DNA of 64,000 nucleotides from Thainema sp. (GCA_052168235.1 JBQLZK010000004.1:1-64000), one strand, 5' to 3'; positions 49,860 through 60,649 are shown, counted from the first letter of the stretch. Made by a program: numbers and translations. Notes: generated from the sequence alone by a model not told the origin.

Positions 49860-50786
49860 TTAGCTTTGCCGCACAACTTCGGCCAGTGCGGGTTTAATCG
49901 TTGCGTACTGATAGTCAAAATCGGTTGCCAACGTCCGCTTGGGCAAAACCTGCTGCCCTTCCAAAACAACCTTTGCGCCATCTCCCAGCAGCAGTTCCAG
50001 CGCGATGCCAGGGACGGGTAGCCAGGATGGACGATTCATCACTTCGCCGAGGGCATGGCTGAGTTCACTCATCCGCACTGGATGAGGAGCAGTGGCGTTG
50101 TACGTACCCTGCATTGAGCTATCGAGCAGCGCTTTCAGGATCAGGTTAACGAGATCCTCACGGTGAATCCAGGAAAACCATTGCTTGCCCGAACCAATGG
50201 GGCCACCGGCAAACATGCGAAACGGCGTCAGCATTTTTGCGATCGCACCTCCGTTACCGAGCACAATCCCAAAGCGCAAGATCACCAGTCGCGTTCCGGT
50301 TGCTTTGACCTGCTGTGCTGCCGCTTCCCACTTTTGACAAACCGTGGCCAAAAAGTCATCACCGGAGGCACTGGTTTCGTCAAACGTGGCGGTTTCGCTG
50401 GTGCCGTAATAGCCAATGGCAGAGGCATTGACCAGCACCGCAGGCTTGGAATCGGCCTTGGCGATCGCATCCACCAAATTCTGGGTCACGTTTTCGCGAC
50501 TGGTGAGAATTTTCTGTTTGACTGGCTCTGTCCAGCGGGTTTCGGCAATGGGATAGCCTGCCAAGTTGACAACTCCATCGCAACCTGCGATCGCATTTTG
50601 CCACTCACCGGACTGGTTCGGCTGATATTCGACAATTTCCACGGCTGGAAATGCCTGTGAGGGAAACACCTTCTGACCATGACTATGGCTACGGGTCAGC
50701 ACCACGATCTGATGTCCCTCCGCCTGGAGCTTTTCGACTAAGCGACTGCCTACAAAACCTGTCGCACCCGCGATCGCAACTTTCAT
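49860..50786 (-). CDS. TIGR01777 family NAD-dependent epimerase (ThyD-like)
   Basis: GATGFVG, NLAG, ASAIGYYG, GGPIGSGKQWFSWIH; start at ATG 50786. Confidence 0.9.
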   Translation of the reverse strand: MKVAIAGATGFVGSRLVEKLQAEGHQIVVLTRSHSHGQKVFPSQAFPAVEIVEYQPNQSGEWQNAIAGCDGVVNLAGYPIAETRWTEPVKQKILTSRENVTQNLVDAIAKADSKPAVLVNASAIGYYGTSETATFDETSASGDDFLATVCQKWEAAAQQVKATGTRLVILRFGIVLGNGGAIAKMLTPFRMFAGGPIGSGKQWFSWIHREDLVNLILKALLDSSMQGTYNATAPHPVRMSELSHALGEVMNRPSWLPVPGIALELLLGDGAKVVLEGQQVLPKRTLATDFDYQYATIKPALAEVVRQS

Positions 50787-50836
50787 CGTTCTACCAATTT
50801 GCTTACTAACGTTTTTTTCGGCACTGCCTATCGGGC

Positions 50837-50876
50837 ATGAATTGGGATGTAGAAATACCCCCACATCCCAATTCAT
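50837..50876. repeat. Palindrome (14-bp arms) with weak outer inverted repeats
   Basis: ATGAATTGGGATGT ... ACATCCCAATTCAT. Confidence 0.65.
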
Positions 50877-51060
50877 ACTTGAAATCAGCAAGTCCGATTT
50901 TGCTTATGTCTAGCTGTCTACCTATATATCTACAAGGTTTACTCGCATCTTGCACTAAAACCCAAAGAAGATATTCCGCTGCAACACAGCAGCAAATATC
51001 TTTTCTGGGTTTCTCTCTGGGTTCCTCGTTACTATCGAAAACGCAATTAAAGCGCGAACT

Positions 51061-51525
51061 TTAGAGAACTTGATGCGTATAGGCATGCTGCTTGACGTTG
51101 TCTTCGGTTTTGACAACGTGATCGGCATTGAGGACGCGCTTTTTCTCGGTTGAGTAGTTGAAGTGGGTGTGGGTTGTGCCAAGCGGGATCAACGTCTGGG
51201 CTTCCGGACGAGTTTGATAGGTGCGGGCGGCTGCCAATGCTCGTTCTACAAAATCGGGGCAGAACTGGGCTTCTGAAGGAAAGCTATCGGGAATTTTCAT
51301 TGTAGTGGCGTCTACAACCGCACCCAGCGTAGTTGCGATCGCTTGGCTGTAGGAGGTCGGAATATTCTTGAATAGGGCTTCCAATGCGGCAGAGGGAATG
51401 GGTTCAACCATCTGGACTTCTTCAATTTCGCCATCTTCTTTCAGATAGCAGGTTGCCAAACCAATGACGATATAAGCATCAGTGGTTAGATCGGAAGCAT
51501 TGGGCAATTCGATGGCCGTGGTCAT
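51061..51525 (-). CDS. Conserved hypothetical protein
   Basis: Clean 154-aa ORF; EPIPSAALE, AAARTY, DNVKQHAYTH. Confidence 0.75.
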   Translation of the reverse strand: MTTAIELPNASDLTTDAYIVIGLATCYLKEDGEIEEVQMVEPIPSAALEALFKNIPTSYSQAIATTLGAVVDATTMKIPDSFPSEAQFCPDFVERALAAARTYQTRPEAQTLIPLGTTHTHFNYSTEKKRVLNADHVVKTEDNVKQHAYTHQVL

Positions 51526-51728
51526 AATTTAATCTCATCGTGGTTAGCGAGACGATGCCGCTAAGATTCCAAAGCATTGTATCGTGCTGCATTCTTCGAT
51601 CTTGCGAACTGTTTCGGAAACGCGGCTGAGATTTAGGAAACGATACAGTTTGTTATATAGGGGAAGAAAGGTGAATGGATATCAAGGGTAACTAGGTGTT
51701 AGGTACTGGGTTTTGGGTTTATTTTCGC

Positions 51729-52208
51729 TTAGGCAAACAGTTCAAAAAAGCTATCATCGAGTTCGTAACCCAGCATCTGCGTCATAAACTTGAGACGGGT
51801 TCGGTTCAAAATTCCGTTTTGTTTCATCCAGTCCAGGCTGATGAAGACTTTTGACATGACGAAGATTTCCAATGCTTCGGGATTGTAGCGGATGCCTTCG
51901 GTGGGGCTGAACTGATGCGGAATCAGCATAGCGGCATAGCGACCCAGTTCGCCCGCTTCCCAGTCCAGAACCAAAGGTAGCCAGGGATAGCGTGTGTCTA
52001 GCCGGACGAACCACAAACGCACTTCAGGAATTTCGGACAGTTCACGCGGATCGTTTGCATCACGGGAATACTGAATATCAAAATGCAAGTTGATATCTGA
52101 TAGGGCCGTGTCGGTTTCAATCTGCTTGAGGACGGCTTGAATCGTGGCTTCAGCCGCAGTCAGGTCGAGGGTTTGAATCTGAGTTTCAGTCAGAGTAATT
52201 GAAGTCAT
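51729..52208 (-). CDS. crr6: CRR6 (DUF1817) NDH-1 assembly factor
   Basis: DPRELSEIPEVRLWFVRLD..YPW, RYAAML.PHQF, NPEALEIF. Confidence 0.85.
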   Translation of the reverse strand: MTSITLTETQIQTLDLTAAEATIQAVLKQIETDTALSDINLHFDIQYSRDANDPRELSEIPEVRLWFVRLDTRYPWLPLVLDWEAGELGRYAAMLIPHQFSPTEGIRYNPEALEIFVMSKVFISLDWMKQNGILNRTRLKFMTQMLGYELDDSFFELFA

Positions 52209-52326
52209 GCAGGTAGCAGATGGGCTAAACGGCTGAGTGATACCAAATCGGCTGATGAAAACCAACTTGGCCAATTTTGATTGTTAGCGATAGGCCAACA
52301 AAAAGCAAAGTAATACAGCAATTTTA

Positions 52327-52377
52327 AGTTGATTATGAACAGGCCGCTCCAGCGGGGCGGCCTGTTCATAATCAACT
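52327..52377. repeat. Palindrome (21-bp perfect arms)
   Basis: AGTTGATTATGAACAGGCCGC ... GCGGCCTGTTCATAATCAACT. Confidence 0.88.
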
Positions 52378-52436
52378 CAGTTCACTAGCTATTTAGTAGA
52401 GCTATATTCCCTTGGTTAAAGATTAGTTCGAACAGT

Positions 52437-52541
52437 TTAGGACTATGGATTAAATAGCCTGTAAACCGTTCTATTTGTAGGGACACGGCAATGCCGTGTC
52501 CCTACCCCAAGAATTTCACCTTATTAAATCCGAGTTCCTTA
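52437..52541. mobile_element. MITE/REPIN-like element: same TIR family as 20576-20706, around a different REP (52477-52505)
   Basis: TTAGGACTATGGATTAAATA ... GTAGGGACACGGCAATGCCGTGTCCCTAC ... TTATTAAATCCGAGTTCCTTA. Confidence 0.7.
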
Positions 52542-52999
52542 GGGGCATGGGTTGGGATTAGACTATTCCTTGATTTCTAAGTTAAAGTGGAAATGACTAC
52601 GGTTGCAGATTGTGCCTATGTAACTCTTGCCCCCTTAAAGTCGGTAAGGCGATAGATTTTTCAGAGCTTATTTTCAGAGCTTATGTAGAATACAGGCAAA
52701 TCGATCCTGAGCAGCGGGTTACGTTTGTGTAGTGGGTACTGTGTAGTGAATAGATAGCACCGTAAATCCATCACAAGTCAAACACAAGTTGACTAGCTAA
52801 CCAATTCAAATCCGTAATGCGCAGTTTGCTGATCTGAGCGGCTCGCAGCGTTTTTGCCTATCCACGCTAAAATATTCGCGCTAAAACTGGAACCCCATCA
52901 GCCGCGATCTCAACCTCGCTAGAATAGAACCAGGTGGGTTGCAGGACAGTTTTGATTCTTACTCTATTCATTTGATTGATCAACGAGGGCTAAAGCAAG

Positions 53000-53446
53000 A
53001 TGACTAGCAGCAGCGATACGACAACAGTTGCGAAACCCATTCGTTCTTTAGACGACGCTATTGAACGGTGTCAGGAATTGGGGATGCGTCTGAGTCGCCA
53101 ACGTCGCTACATCTTGGAATTGCTGTGGAATGAACAAGAGCACCTGTCTGCCCGTGATATTTACGATCGTCTTAATCAGCAAGGCAAAGAGATCGGCCAT
53201 ACGTCGGTTTACCAAAACCTAGAAGCGCTTTCAGAGCAGGGCATTATTGAGTGCATGGAGCGTTCGGATGGTCGGCTGTACGGAAACATTAGCGACTCCC
53301 ACAGTCACGTCAACTGTGTGGACACCCAGCAAATCATTGATATTCACGTCGAGCTGCCTGACGAGGTGATCCAAGCGGTTGAAGCTCGCACTGGGGTTAA
53401 GATCCACGATTACCGCATTGACTTTTTCGCCAAGAAAAACGGCTAG
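53000..53446 (+). CDS. furC: Fur-family regulator, FurC/PerR type
   Basis: KPIRSL.DA.ERCQ.LGMR.SRQRR.ILELLW, HLSA, HTSVYQNL, HSHVNC. Confidence 0.8.
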   Translation: MTSSSDTTTVAKPIRSLDDAIERCQELGMRLSRQRRYILELLWNEQEHLSARDIYDRLNQQGKEIGHTSVYQNLEALSEQGIIECMERSDGRLYGNISDSHSHVNCVDTQQIIDIHVELPDEVIQAVEARTGVKIHDYRIDFFAKKNG

Positions 53447-53474
53447 GCTCCTTGGCAGCTTGAACATCGAGATC

Positions 53475-53515
53475 AAAAAGAGAGAGGCATTCTGGGTGAA
53501 TGCCTCTCTCTTTTT
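53475..53515 (+). terminator. Intrinsic terminator
   Basis: AAAAAGAGAGAGGCATTC-TGGGT-GAATGCCTCTCTCTTTTT. Confidence 0.8.
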
Positions 53516-53745
53516 TGATGGCTGATCTAAAGAATTTATGCAACTCGGTTCAGGTGCTTGCATTGTGATTAAAAACTTCTACAATTGTCAGCATCTTTGC
53601 CTAACTCGGGGAGATTGCGCTCCAAGCAGAGATCAGGCCGCAGTTAGATTAACTCTAAATCTACTTAACATAAGCTTTGAGTTTCGCTAGATATAGCGTT
53701 TTTAATTAAAATCGTTTGCCCATCAGGGTTTAATTTTTGGTTGAT

Positions 53746-55944
53746 ATGTCCCAATCATCTTCTCATTTGCACTATCAGTCCCAGCCCCCTGTTCCGTTCC
53801 TGCATGGCTTTGAAGCTGATGGCACAGCGCCTACTACTGCGGATGCCGTAGATGAGGAAGAACTCCTACGAGATTTAGGATTAGAGGACAATGCATCAGG
53901 CGCAGATGGTTTAGATACTGCTGATTCGACACCTTCACAGTTTTCTACGCTATCGGCCTCGCAGCAGGTGCCCCAAGCCGTTCGCAAATTTCTGCGATCG
54001 CACTCCAAGTTGCGGACATCATCAAAGTTGAATCCCGCATGGGTGCTGCAACAGGCTAAAGCCCTCATTCCCGATCCGCAGACGGCCCAGCAGGCGGCTC
54101 ACCAAACGGCCCAGCTGATCGTGCCCCGCTTAGCGCAGCGGCCTGCCCGGCCCGCTAAACGGGGATGGTTCGCTGCGGTTACCTTGCCGACGATCTGGAT
54201 GGGGGTGCTAAGTAGTTTAGCGATCGCAAGCTTGGGATCGCTGATTTGGTTGACTCGACTGCCGCCCGCCCCAGATTGTCAGAAGCTGTCAGCTTTTGCC
54301 GCCGATGTGGATCAGCTCTACTGTGCCGGACAAGCGGCGCAAACGGGTAAGGTCGATGATTTGGTGGCGGGCATTAATTTAGTGAAGGACTGGCAGACCG
54401 ATCACCTGCTCTATGCCGAGGCGCAAACGCTGCTGAGCCAGTGGTCAGGTTCGCTGCTGTTACTGGCTCAGGATCAACTGGCCCAGGGCAATTTCGGTAA
54501 AGCCGTCGAGATGGCGGGGCTAATTCCTCAGCAGAGTCCCGTTTATGCCGACGCGCAGGTCAAGATTAAAGATTGGCAAGCGGAGTGGCAGCAGGGCAAG
54601 CAGTTGAAATCAGAAATCGAAACTGCCGTTGAACAGCAGAAGTGGCCTACCGCGCAGGAAAAACTGAAGAAGCTGCTTCAGCTCGATGAGGACTATTGGG
54701 TGCGGCAGCAGGGCGGTGAACTGCGGCAGTTGATTAAGCGGGAAGAGTCAGCCTTTGCTACGCTGACGGCGGCAACAGAGCTAGCGGATTCCGATGATCC
54801 CGATGAGCTGGCAGAGGCGATCGCACTGGCCCAGTCGATTCCGGTTCAGGCACGGGCCTGGGATGAGGCGAAACCAAAGCTGGATGGCTGGAGCCGCAAG
54901 CTTCTCCGCATTGGCTTTAAGCGTTGGGAAGAAGGTGATTTAGATGGTGCGATCGCAGCCGTGCAGAAAGTGCCTGCCGACCCGACGCTGACCCGTGAAG
55001 CCAGAGACCTGATCCAGATTAGCTACGCCGAAAAGGCCGCAAGCGACGAGGTACAGACCTGGATACCGTCGTTTTACCAGATCTACGCACTGCAAGAAGC
55101 GATCGCAGCCGTCCGCACCATGTCGCCGCTCAGCCCCTTTTACGAAGAGGCGCAAACGCATTTGCAGGAGTGGCAGGCTGAACAGGACGATTTAATTCAA
55201 CTCCAGTATGCCAATCTGCTGGCTGGATTCCAGCAGAAGTTTACCTATCAGATCGCCATTCATCAGGCGCAAACGATCCAGACTGAGCGACCCCGGCGCA
55301 CTCAGGCCCAAACGCTGATTGCCCACTGGCGGCAGGAAATTGAGCGGATCGAAGATCAGCCCTATCTGGATCGAGCGACTGCCTTGGCTAGCGTTCGCGC
55401 TGTGCCGAATTTGAAAGCTGCGATCGCAGAAGCATCCAAGATTGAACTGGGTCGGGCGCTGCGGGTTGAAGCTCAAACCTACATTGCTGATTGGCAAGTT
55501 GAAATCGAAATCATCGAAGACCAGCCGATTCTGGACGAAGCCGTAGAGCTAGCCAATCAGAACAAGCTGACGGAAGCGATTGAAGTGGCCCGCAAGATTG
55601 AATCGGGTCGTGCGCTATATGACGATGCCCGCGAGCAAATCGGCAACTGGACGGCTCAGATTCAGATTAAGGAAGACCGACCGATCCTGACGCGGGCAGA
55701 AAATTTAGCCGCGAAGGGTAGCCTCTCGGCAGCGATTGAAACGGCCTCTCAAATTGGCGCTGGGCGGGCACTATATCGTGAAGCGCAAAGCTCGATTGCC
55801 ATCTGGAAGAAAGAGCGGGCGGCGATTTGGGAAACCTGGGCTACCGAAGATACTCAGAGCAATGGCTATGCTGAAGACAGCTATGACAGTGGGTACGATG
55901 ACGGCTACAGTGATGACTATTACGATGATGGCTATGCTGAGTAA
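53746..55944 (+). CDS. Membrane-anchored alpha-helical repeat protein
   Basis: Single TM, LPP.PDC...LYCA, repeated AI..A..I....LY.EAQ..I..W units. Confidence 0.75.
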   Translation: MSQSSSHLHYQSQPPVPFLHGFEADGTAPTTADAVDEEELLRDLGLEDNASGADGLDTADSTPSQFSTLSASQQVPQAVRKFLRSHSKLRTSSKLNPAWVLQQAKALIPDPQTAQQAAHQTAQLIVPRLAQRPARPAKRGWFAAVTLPTIWMGVLSSLAIASLGSLIWLTRLPPAPDCQKLSAFAADVDQLYCAGQAAQTGKVDDLVAGINLVKDWQTDHLLYAEAQTLLSQWSGSLLLLAQDQLAQGNFGKAVEMAGLIPQQSPVYADAQVKIKDWQAEWQQGKQLKSEIETAVEQQKWPTAQEKLKKLLQLDEDYWVRQQGGELRQLIKREESAFATLTAATELADSDDPDELAEAIALAQSIPVQARAWDEAKPKLDGWSRKLLRIGFKRWEEGDLDGAIAAVQKVPADPTLTREARDLIQISYAEKAASDEVQTWIPSFYQIYALQEAIAAVRTMSPLSPFYEEAQTHLQEWQAEQDDLIQLQYANLLAGFQQKFTYQIAIHQAQTIQTERPRRTQAQTLIAHWRQEIERIEDQPYLDRATALASVRAVPNLKAAIAEASKIELGRALRVEAQTYIADWQVEIEIIEDQPILDEAVELANQNKLTEAIEVARKIESGRALYDDAREQIGNWTAQIQIKEDRPILTRAENLAAKGSLSAAIETASQIGAGRALYREAQSSIAIWKKERAAIWETWATEDTQSNGYAEDSYDSGYDDGYSDDYYDDGYAE

Positions 55945-56008
55945 AGCCCGTTTTACCACTCGTTTGTCGCTAAAATAAGTCCGTCAGAGCCTTGCCTGAG
56001 ACATCACT

Positions 56009-58042
56009 ATGAGCAATCGCCCAGCTAATATTGTTTTGCTTGATCATGATCCCGTTTTTCGATTGGGATTACGCATTTGGCTGGAGCAGTATGCCGACCT
56101 GCGGATGGTGGCGGAGTGCCAAACGGGGAGCGAGGTGCTGCAGTTGCTGGCGGAAGTACAGGCTGAGGGGGCTAGAGGGGCTGACGGGGCTAGGGCGTCT
56201 GCTTCAGAGCCAATAGTTGATGCTCTGGAAGAGATATCGGGACGTACAGCCGATAGCTCTGAGTCGGATCGATTGACGGCTGATGCGGCTGGAATTGATT
56301 TGGTGATCACGGATCTGGTGGCGAACGAGAGCGATCCGCGTGAGGTGCCGGGGCTGGTGCTGTGCCAGCGGATTAAGCAATTGTTTCCGAACATCAAAGT
56401 GTTGATCCTCAGCGATCGCAATGAGCCAGTGATTGAAGCAGCGGCGCGACGTGTGCAGGCTGATGGCTACTGCTGGCGACAGCAGCCTGTCAGTGAATTA
56501 GCCTCCATCATTCGCCAAGTGGCTCAGGGGGCAGCGGTCTGGCCGCAGGTGTTACCGGATGCTGAACTGGAGCAATCTCCCACTGTAACCGCTCAATCTG
56601 GAGCAGCCGGTCGGACAGGTAGGGTTCCAGTCCGACGATCTTGGTGGCAGCAGGTGCGCCAGTCGGCTCGGCAGTCGGGACTGCGAGAAATCGATGCGGA
56701 AATCAATCGGCTCCAGGCTCAGCTTCAGCGGGCGCTGCTGCTAGATATTGATCCCGATCGACTCGCAGTTTTGGTCATCGAAGGCCGCCTACGCGAGTTG
56801 CGCACAGCCCGCTGGATCGTTACTCGCTTATTAGCCACCCCTAGAGCCTCCACCGTATTGCTGGAGGAGCCCAGTGCCACACCCACACAGCGCTTAGACC
56901 GACCGAATCGATTCACCCGCCGCCAAATTGCCGATCGCTCATCCCCAAACCCATCAACCATCAACTCTGCCAATAATCCAGCCAATAATCTACCCAATAC
57001 CTCCGACTCTGCGGCAGCGGAACCAGATGCAGCACTAATCTCGCAACCTGCCACCAGCTTACGCACAATTCCCTCATTCACTGTTGATGCCGCCTTTAAT
57101 CGGCTGCAGGGCAGCCTGCGGAACTTAACTCGGTCACCGCTGGAAATTGATATTCTCAGGCGCGATCGCAAACGAGAGTTGCTCTATATCATCTTGCGCA
57201 GCTTGATTCAGGTATTGGACGATTTGCAGCAGGCGCAGATTACGACCGGACAACTGGCCGAAAACCAATTAGCCTATCTGAAAGAAGTGTGGGCAAAAGC
57301 GGTTAATGAATTTTATGGTCGCTACTACATGGTGCAGGTCAGCACGGTGGAGCAGGCGCTGGTGCAGGTGATTCTGCAAGATGAAGCCGTCGTGCAGCGG
57401 GATATTCTGGAGCAAATTCCCCTGGTGGGAGAACTGCTGTCATATTTATTATTTCAGACGCCGCTGATGGTAGACGGTGTGCCCAGTGGCAGCGCCTCAC
57501 CACAGGCTCAACAGCAGGCGCAGTTACTGTTGGACAACTTGCTTTTGCAGATGGCGAATGCCGTAGTGCAGCCGCTGTTAAATCGCTTTGCCGATGTGGA
57601 AGCCGTGAAGCGCGATTTTTATGACGTGCGACTGCTTTCGACCCGTGAAATTGAGCGCTTTCGTAATGACCTCTCGTGGCGGTATCGGCAGCAGCGCTAT
57701 ATTAAAGAGCCGACCGCTATCTTTGAAAGTCGCTATCGGCTGCTGTCCCTAGCACCGGAAGGCATTCGTCCGGCATCGATGTATGCGCCACGTCGGGCCG
57801 AACTGGAGCAGCTCGAAGGAATTCCATACGTCGTAACGCTATCGCTGGAATTCCGGGATGCGGTTGCGCCCCGATTGCGATCGCTCATATCGTTTGTCGG
57901 CAGTGGCTTGATCTATGTGCTGACCGATGTGATTGGTCGCAGCATTGGCCTCGTTATTCGGGGGGTTCTGCAAGGCATTGGTAGCGCTTGGCAAGATGTT
58001 CGCTTTGGCCGCAATGATAAACGCCAGCGTCAGGATGGCTGA
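56009..58042 (+). CDS. Receiver-like domain plus DUF3685 (Ycf55-like) protein
   Basis: N-terminal LLDHDPVFRLGL; LSTREIERFRNDLSW, IFESRY, LEFRDAVAPRL, IGRSIGLVIRG. Confidence 0.8.
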   Translation: MSNRPANIVLLDHDPVFRLGLRIWLEQYADLRMVAECQTGSEVLQLLAEVQAEGARGADGARASASEPIVDALEEISGRTADSSESDRLTADAAGIDLVITDLVANESDPREVPGLVLCQRIKQLFPNIKVLILSDRNEPVIEAAARRVQADGYCWRQQPVSELASIIRQVAQGAAVWPQVLPDAELEQSPTVTAQSGAAGRTGRVPVRRSWWQQVRQSARQSGLREIDAEINRLQAQLQRALLLDIDPDRLAVLVIEGRLRELRTARWIVTRLLATPRASTVLLEEPSATPTQRLDRPNRFTRRQIADRSSPNPSTINSANNPANNLPNTSDSAAAEPDAALISQPATSLRTIPSFTVDAAFNRLQGSLRNLTRSPLEIDILRRDRKRELLYIILRSLIQVLDDLQQAQITTGQLAENQLAYLKEVWAKAVNEFYGRYYMVQVSTVEQALVQVILQDEAVVQRDILEQIPLVGELLSYLLFQTPLMVDGVPSGSASPQAQQQAQLLLDNLLLQMANAVVQPLLNRFADVEAVKRDFYDVRLLSTREIERFRNDLSWRYRQQRYIKEPTAIFESRYRLLSLAPEGIRPASMYAPRRAELEQLEGIPYVVTLSLEFRDAVAPRLRSLISFVGSGLIYVLTDVIGRSIGLVIRGVLQGIGSAWQDVRFGRNDKRQRQDG

Positions 58043-58045
58043 GGT

Positions 58046-58900
58046 ATGAAGCGGATCGGAAGACTGCCAGGATGGAGTCGAACCGCTCGGCAGTTCGTCA
58101 TGCGAGTTTTGCTCGTGCTGCTGTGTCTAGTGAGTCTATCGGCGGGAATGAGTGGCTGTGAACAGCTTACCGATCGGCTAGGGCTAAATCAACCAGCGGA
58201 CACCGCTGATGATGATGTGGACGTTGATCCAGATGTGGCAACGGATACTGAGCCAGAGTTGGATATTGAAGATGACAATGTGGTGGAGCCGATTGGACGG
58301 TCGCGCCCGTTTGACCAAACCGATAACGATTCGCTGAATCAGCCCGATGCCCCCGCTCAGAATGAGCCCTTTACTGCACCGCGTACCCCACCCCCGTCTG
58401 AAACGCCTGCCACGAACCCTAATTTAGCCCAGCCCAATGACCAGCTCATCCTGCGGAACATCATCGTGAGTGAGGACAACCGGAGCCAAATTGCGGTTCC
58501 AAATGATTGGCAGCAAGAGTACACGCTACATCCAACTGCTGAGCTACAGGCCGCTGCGCCACTGGATCAGCTTTATTTTGCCGCTCTGTCGGATACCAGC
58601 TTTAATTCGGCTGTTACGACGCTAGACAGCCGTGCTGCTCGCTATTTGCAGCAGTTTATTGATAGTCTGTCGCGCACTGAAACGGCACGGCGAACCAATG
58701 TGCAACAAATTGCTGGCTATCAGGCCGTTCAGTACCAACTGGAGGCAGAACTAGACGGTGTGCCGATCACGTTTTTACACACAACGGTGGCGACGCCTTT
58801 TGCCTACTATCAGTTATTGAGCTGGACATTGCGATCGCAGTTTCCGGCATATCGTGAAGAACTGCAGTTGGTCACGCAGAGTTTTGAAATCCGCAATTGA
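58046..58900 (+). CDS. Hypothetical exported lipoprotein
   Basis: Hydrophobic signal ending MSGC; acidic linker; C-terminal globular domain. Confidence 0.65.
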   Translation: MKRIGRLPGWSRTARQFVMRVLLVLLCLVSLSAGMSGCEQLTDRLGLNQPADTADDDVDVDPDVATDTEPELDIEDDNVVEPIGRSRPFDQTDNDSLNQPDAPAQNEPFTAPRTPPPSETPATNPNLAQPNDQLILRNIIVSEDNRSQIAVPNDWQQEYTLHPTAELQAAAPLDQLYFAALSDTSFNSAVTTLDSRAARYLQQFIDSLSRTETARRTNVQQIAGYQAVQYQLEAELDGVPITFLHTTVATPFAYYQLLSWTLRSQFPAYREELQLVTQSFEIRN

Positions 58901-59002
58901 TAACCAACAAATCACCTATGAGGGTAAGAAATTGGGCTGATTTTGATGGGGAATCACTCTATTCCTATCTGTAGATCATCACAACAGTCACGTCCATGTA
59001 AG

Positions 59003-59097
59003 CCAAATCCGGCTGACAAACCCCAAACAATGATTTGAGAAAAAACACATGAAGTGCGTTTTCTCAACAACAAAGCGAGTTTTACAAGCGGATTTGG
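59003..59097. repeat. Short element with CCAAATCCG/CGGATTTGG terminal IR and an internal hairpin
   Basis: Perfect 9-bp TIR; inner TTGAGAAAA...TTTTCTCAA. Confidence 0.55.
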
Positions 59098-59117
59098 TCA
59101 AACCTTAGCCCCCAAGG

Positions 59118-60194
59118 ATGATCATGAAAAAGCGTTTAATTGTCTGCTGCGATGGCACCTGGCAAGACCTCGGTAACTCCACCCTCACCAACGTCGCTAA
59201 ATTTGCTCAAGCGATCGCATCGATTGGCCAAGATGGTACTCCTCAAATTGTCTTCTACGACGAAGGTATTGGCACAGAACTGACCAGCAATATTCTGAGC
59301 GGTGGTGCCTTTGGTCGCGGCATTGACTATCACATTCAAGAAGCCTATGGCTTTCTGGCCCTGAACTACAATCCGGGCGATGAAATTTATCTGCTGGGAT
59401 TTAGCCGGGGTGCCTATACCGTGCGGAGCTTAGCCGGATTCATCTACAATTCTGGGCTTTTGAAGCGAGAACGGATTAATCAAATCACCGAGGCGTACGA
59501 AAATTATCGCGATCGCACTTTACATCCCGATCAATCCCCTGAGCTAGTCAAGTTCCGCCGCGATAACGGTGAACGAGTACCCGTTAAGTTCCTCGGCTGC
59601 TGGGATACTGTTGGTTCACTCGGTCTGCCTAATCTAATGCCGTTTTTGCCAATTCGTGAGTCATTCAATCAGCGCTATGCGTTTCATGACCATAAGCTGA
59701 GCGATATTATTGAACATGCCCGACATGCGATCGCAATTGATGAACCGCGTCAGTCGCTCAGCGTCACACCGATGGAGCAGGGCGAAGCGGTAAAGCAGAC
59801 GCAAACGCTGAAGCAGGTCTGGTTCCCTGGCGATCACGGCTGCGTCGGTGGCGGGACGCCCGAATATCGGGGATTTTCCGATGCGGCTTTAGAGTGGATG
59901 ATGCAGCAGGCCAGTGAACTGGGTTTGGCTCTCAAACCGGAATACATCGCCGATGGTATTCAGCCCGATCATGCGATCGCGTTTACGCCCCACTCACCCT
60001 TGCCCTGGATGCTGCTGGGCGGATATAAGCCTCGGCAGCTCAACCCAGAGCGTGGCGATCACCTGCACCCGATTACGATTCAACGCTGGCAAGAACTAAA
60101 TAATTATCGTCCGCATAATCTGCTGCACGCTTTTGGAACGTTATTAAACAACCAGTTCTGTTCTCCGTCCTGTTCAACGGTAGTACAAGCTTAG
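59118..60194 (+). CDS. DUF2235 alpha/beta hydrolase (Tle1-like)
   Basis: CCDGTW, TNV, Y.EGIGT, GFSRGAY, WDTVG, HAIAIDE, WFPGDHGCVGGG. Confidence 0.9.
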   Translation: MIMKKRLIVCCDGTWQDLGNSTLTNVAKFAQAIASIGQDGTPQIVFYDEGIGTELTSNILSGGAFGRGIDYHIQEAYGFLALNYNPGDEIYLLGFSRGAYTVRSLAGFIYNSGLLKRERINQITEAYENYRDRTLHPDQSPELVKFRRDNGERVPVKFLGCWDTVGSLGLPNLMPFLPIRESFNQRYAFHDHKLSDIIEHARHAIAIDEPRQSLSVTPMEQGEAVKQTQTLKQVWFPGDHGCVGGGTPEYRGFSDAALEWMMQQASELGLALKPEYIADGIQPDHAIAFTPHSPLPWMLLGGYKPRQLNPERGDHLHPITIQRWQELNNYRPHNLLHAFGTLLNNQFCSPSCSTVVQA

Positions 60195-60208
60195 AAATCG
60201 GCGTTTTT

Positions 60209-60311
60209 GTATCAAGTCCGTATATGAGAGAACCCAACTTACTTTTGTGAGAGCTTGGCTAGGCCAAGCTCTCACAAAAGTAAATTATCGGGTTTTAACT
60301 GGACTTCGTAC
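60209..60311. repeat. Element with GTATCAAGTCC/GGACTTCGTAC TIR and a 21-bp-arm palindrome (60239-60283)
   Basis: TTACTTTTGTGAGAGCTTGGC-TAG-GCCAAGCTCTCACAAAAGTAA. Confidence 0.75.
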
Positions 60312-60323
60312 TGCTAATCACGA

Positions 60324-60378
60324 ACTCAAAGAGGTAATTGTACTGCCGCAATGCGGCAGTACAATTACCTCTTTGAGT
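60324..60378. repeat. Perfect palindrome (26-bp arms)
   Basis: ACTCAAAGAGGTAATTGTACTGCCGC-AAT-GCGGCAGTACAATTACCTCTTTGAGT. Confidence 0.9.
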
Positions 60379-60394
60379 CTGGATGGAAGAGAGG

Positions 60395-60649
60395 TTAATG
60401 CTCCGATTTTGGATCGGTGGTTTTCATCGCCTCGTGGTGAAGCCGATTATCAACATAGTGTTTGGCCTGTTGAATCGCTGCTTTTTGCGTGGGTGCAGCA
60501 GGCACAGCAACCGCACAGCCAGTTGCATGATTTGCCCATACCGAATACACCGTGTAACCATCAAGCTCGGTTTGATCAATTTCAAGCTGCCATCCCCGAT
60601 AGCCAAATGACCAAACAACACGGGGAAAATCAGGATCAGCAAAAACCAT
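60395..60649 (-). CDS. Small hypothetical protein (paralog of 26882-27097)
   Basis: MVFADPDFPRVVWSFGYRG...WANHATGCAVAVPAAP...AKHYVDNRL. Confidence 0.7.
   Translation of the reverse strand: MVFADPDFPRVVWSFGYRGWQLEIDQTELDGYTVYSVWANHATGCAVAVPAAPTQKAAIQQAKHYVDNRLHHEAMKTTDPKSEH

Noticed and set aside
50787..50891. N-terminal extension of the TIGR01777 ORF
   Set aside because: It runs through an intergenic palindrome; the Rossmann motif starts at ATG 50786.
52658..52683. 13-bp tandem duplication TTTTCAGAGCTTA upstream of furC
   Set aside because: A single short duplication consistent with slippage; no further support for a regulatory role.
55860..55944. GATGAC/GGCTA repetitive DNA
   Set aside because: It encodes a low-complexity Asp/Tyr/Gly tail.
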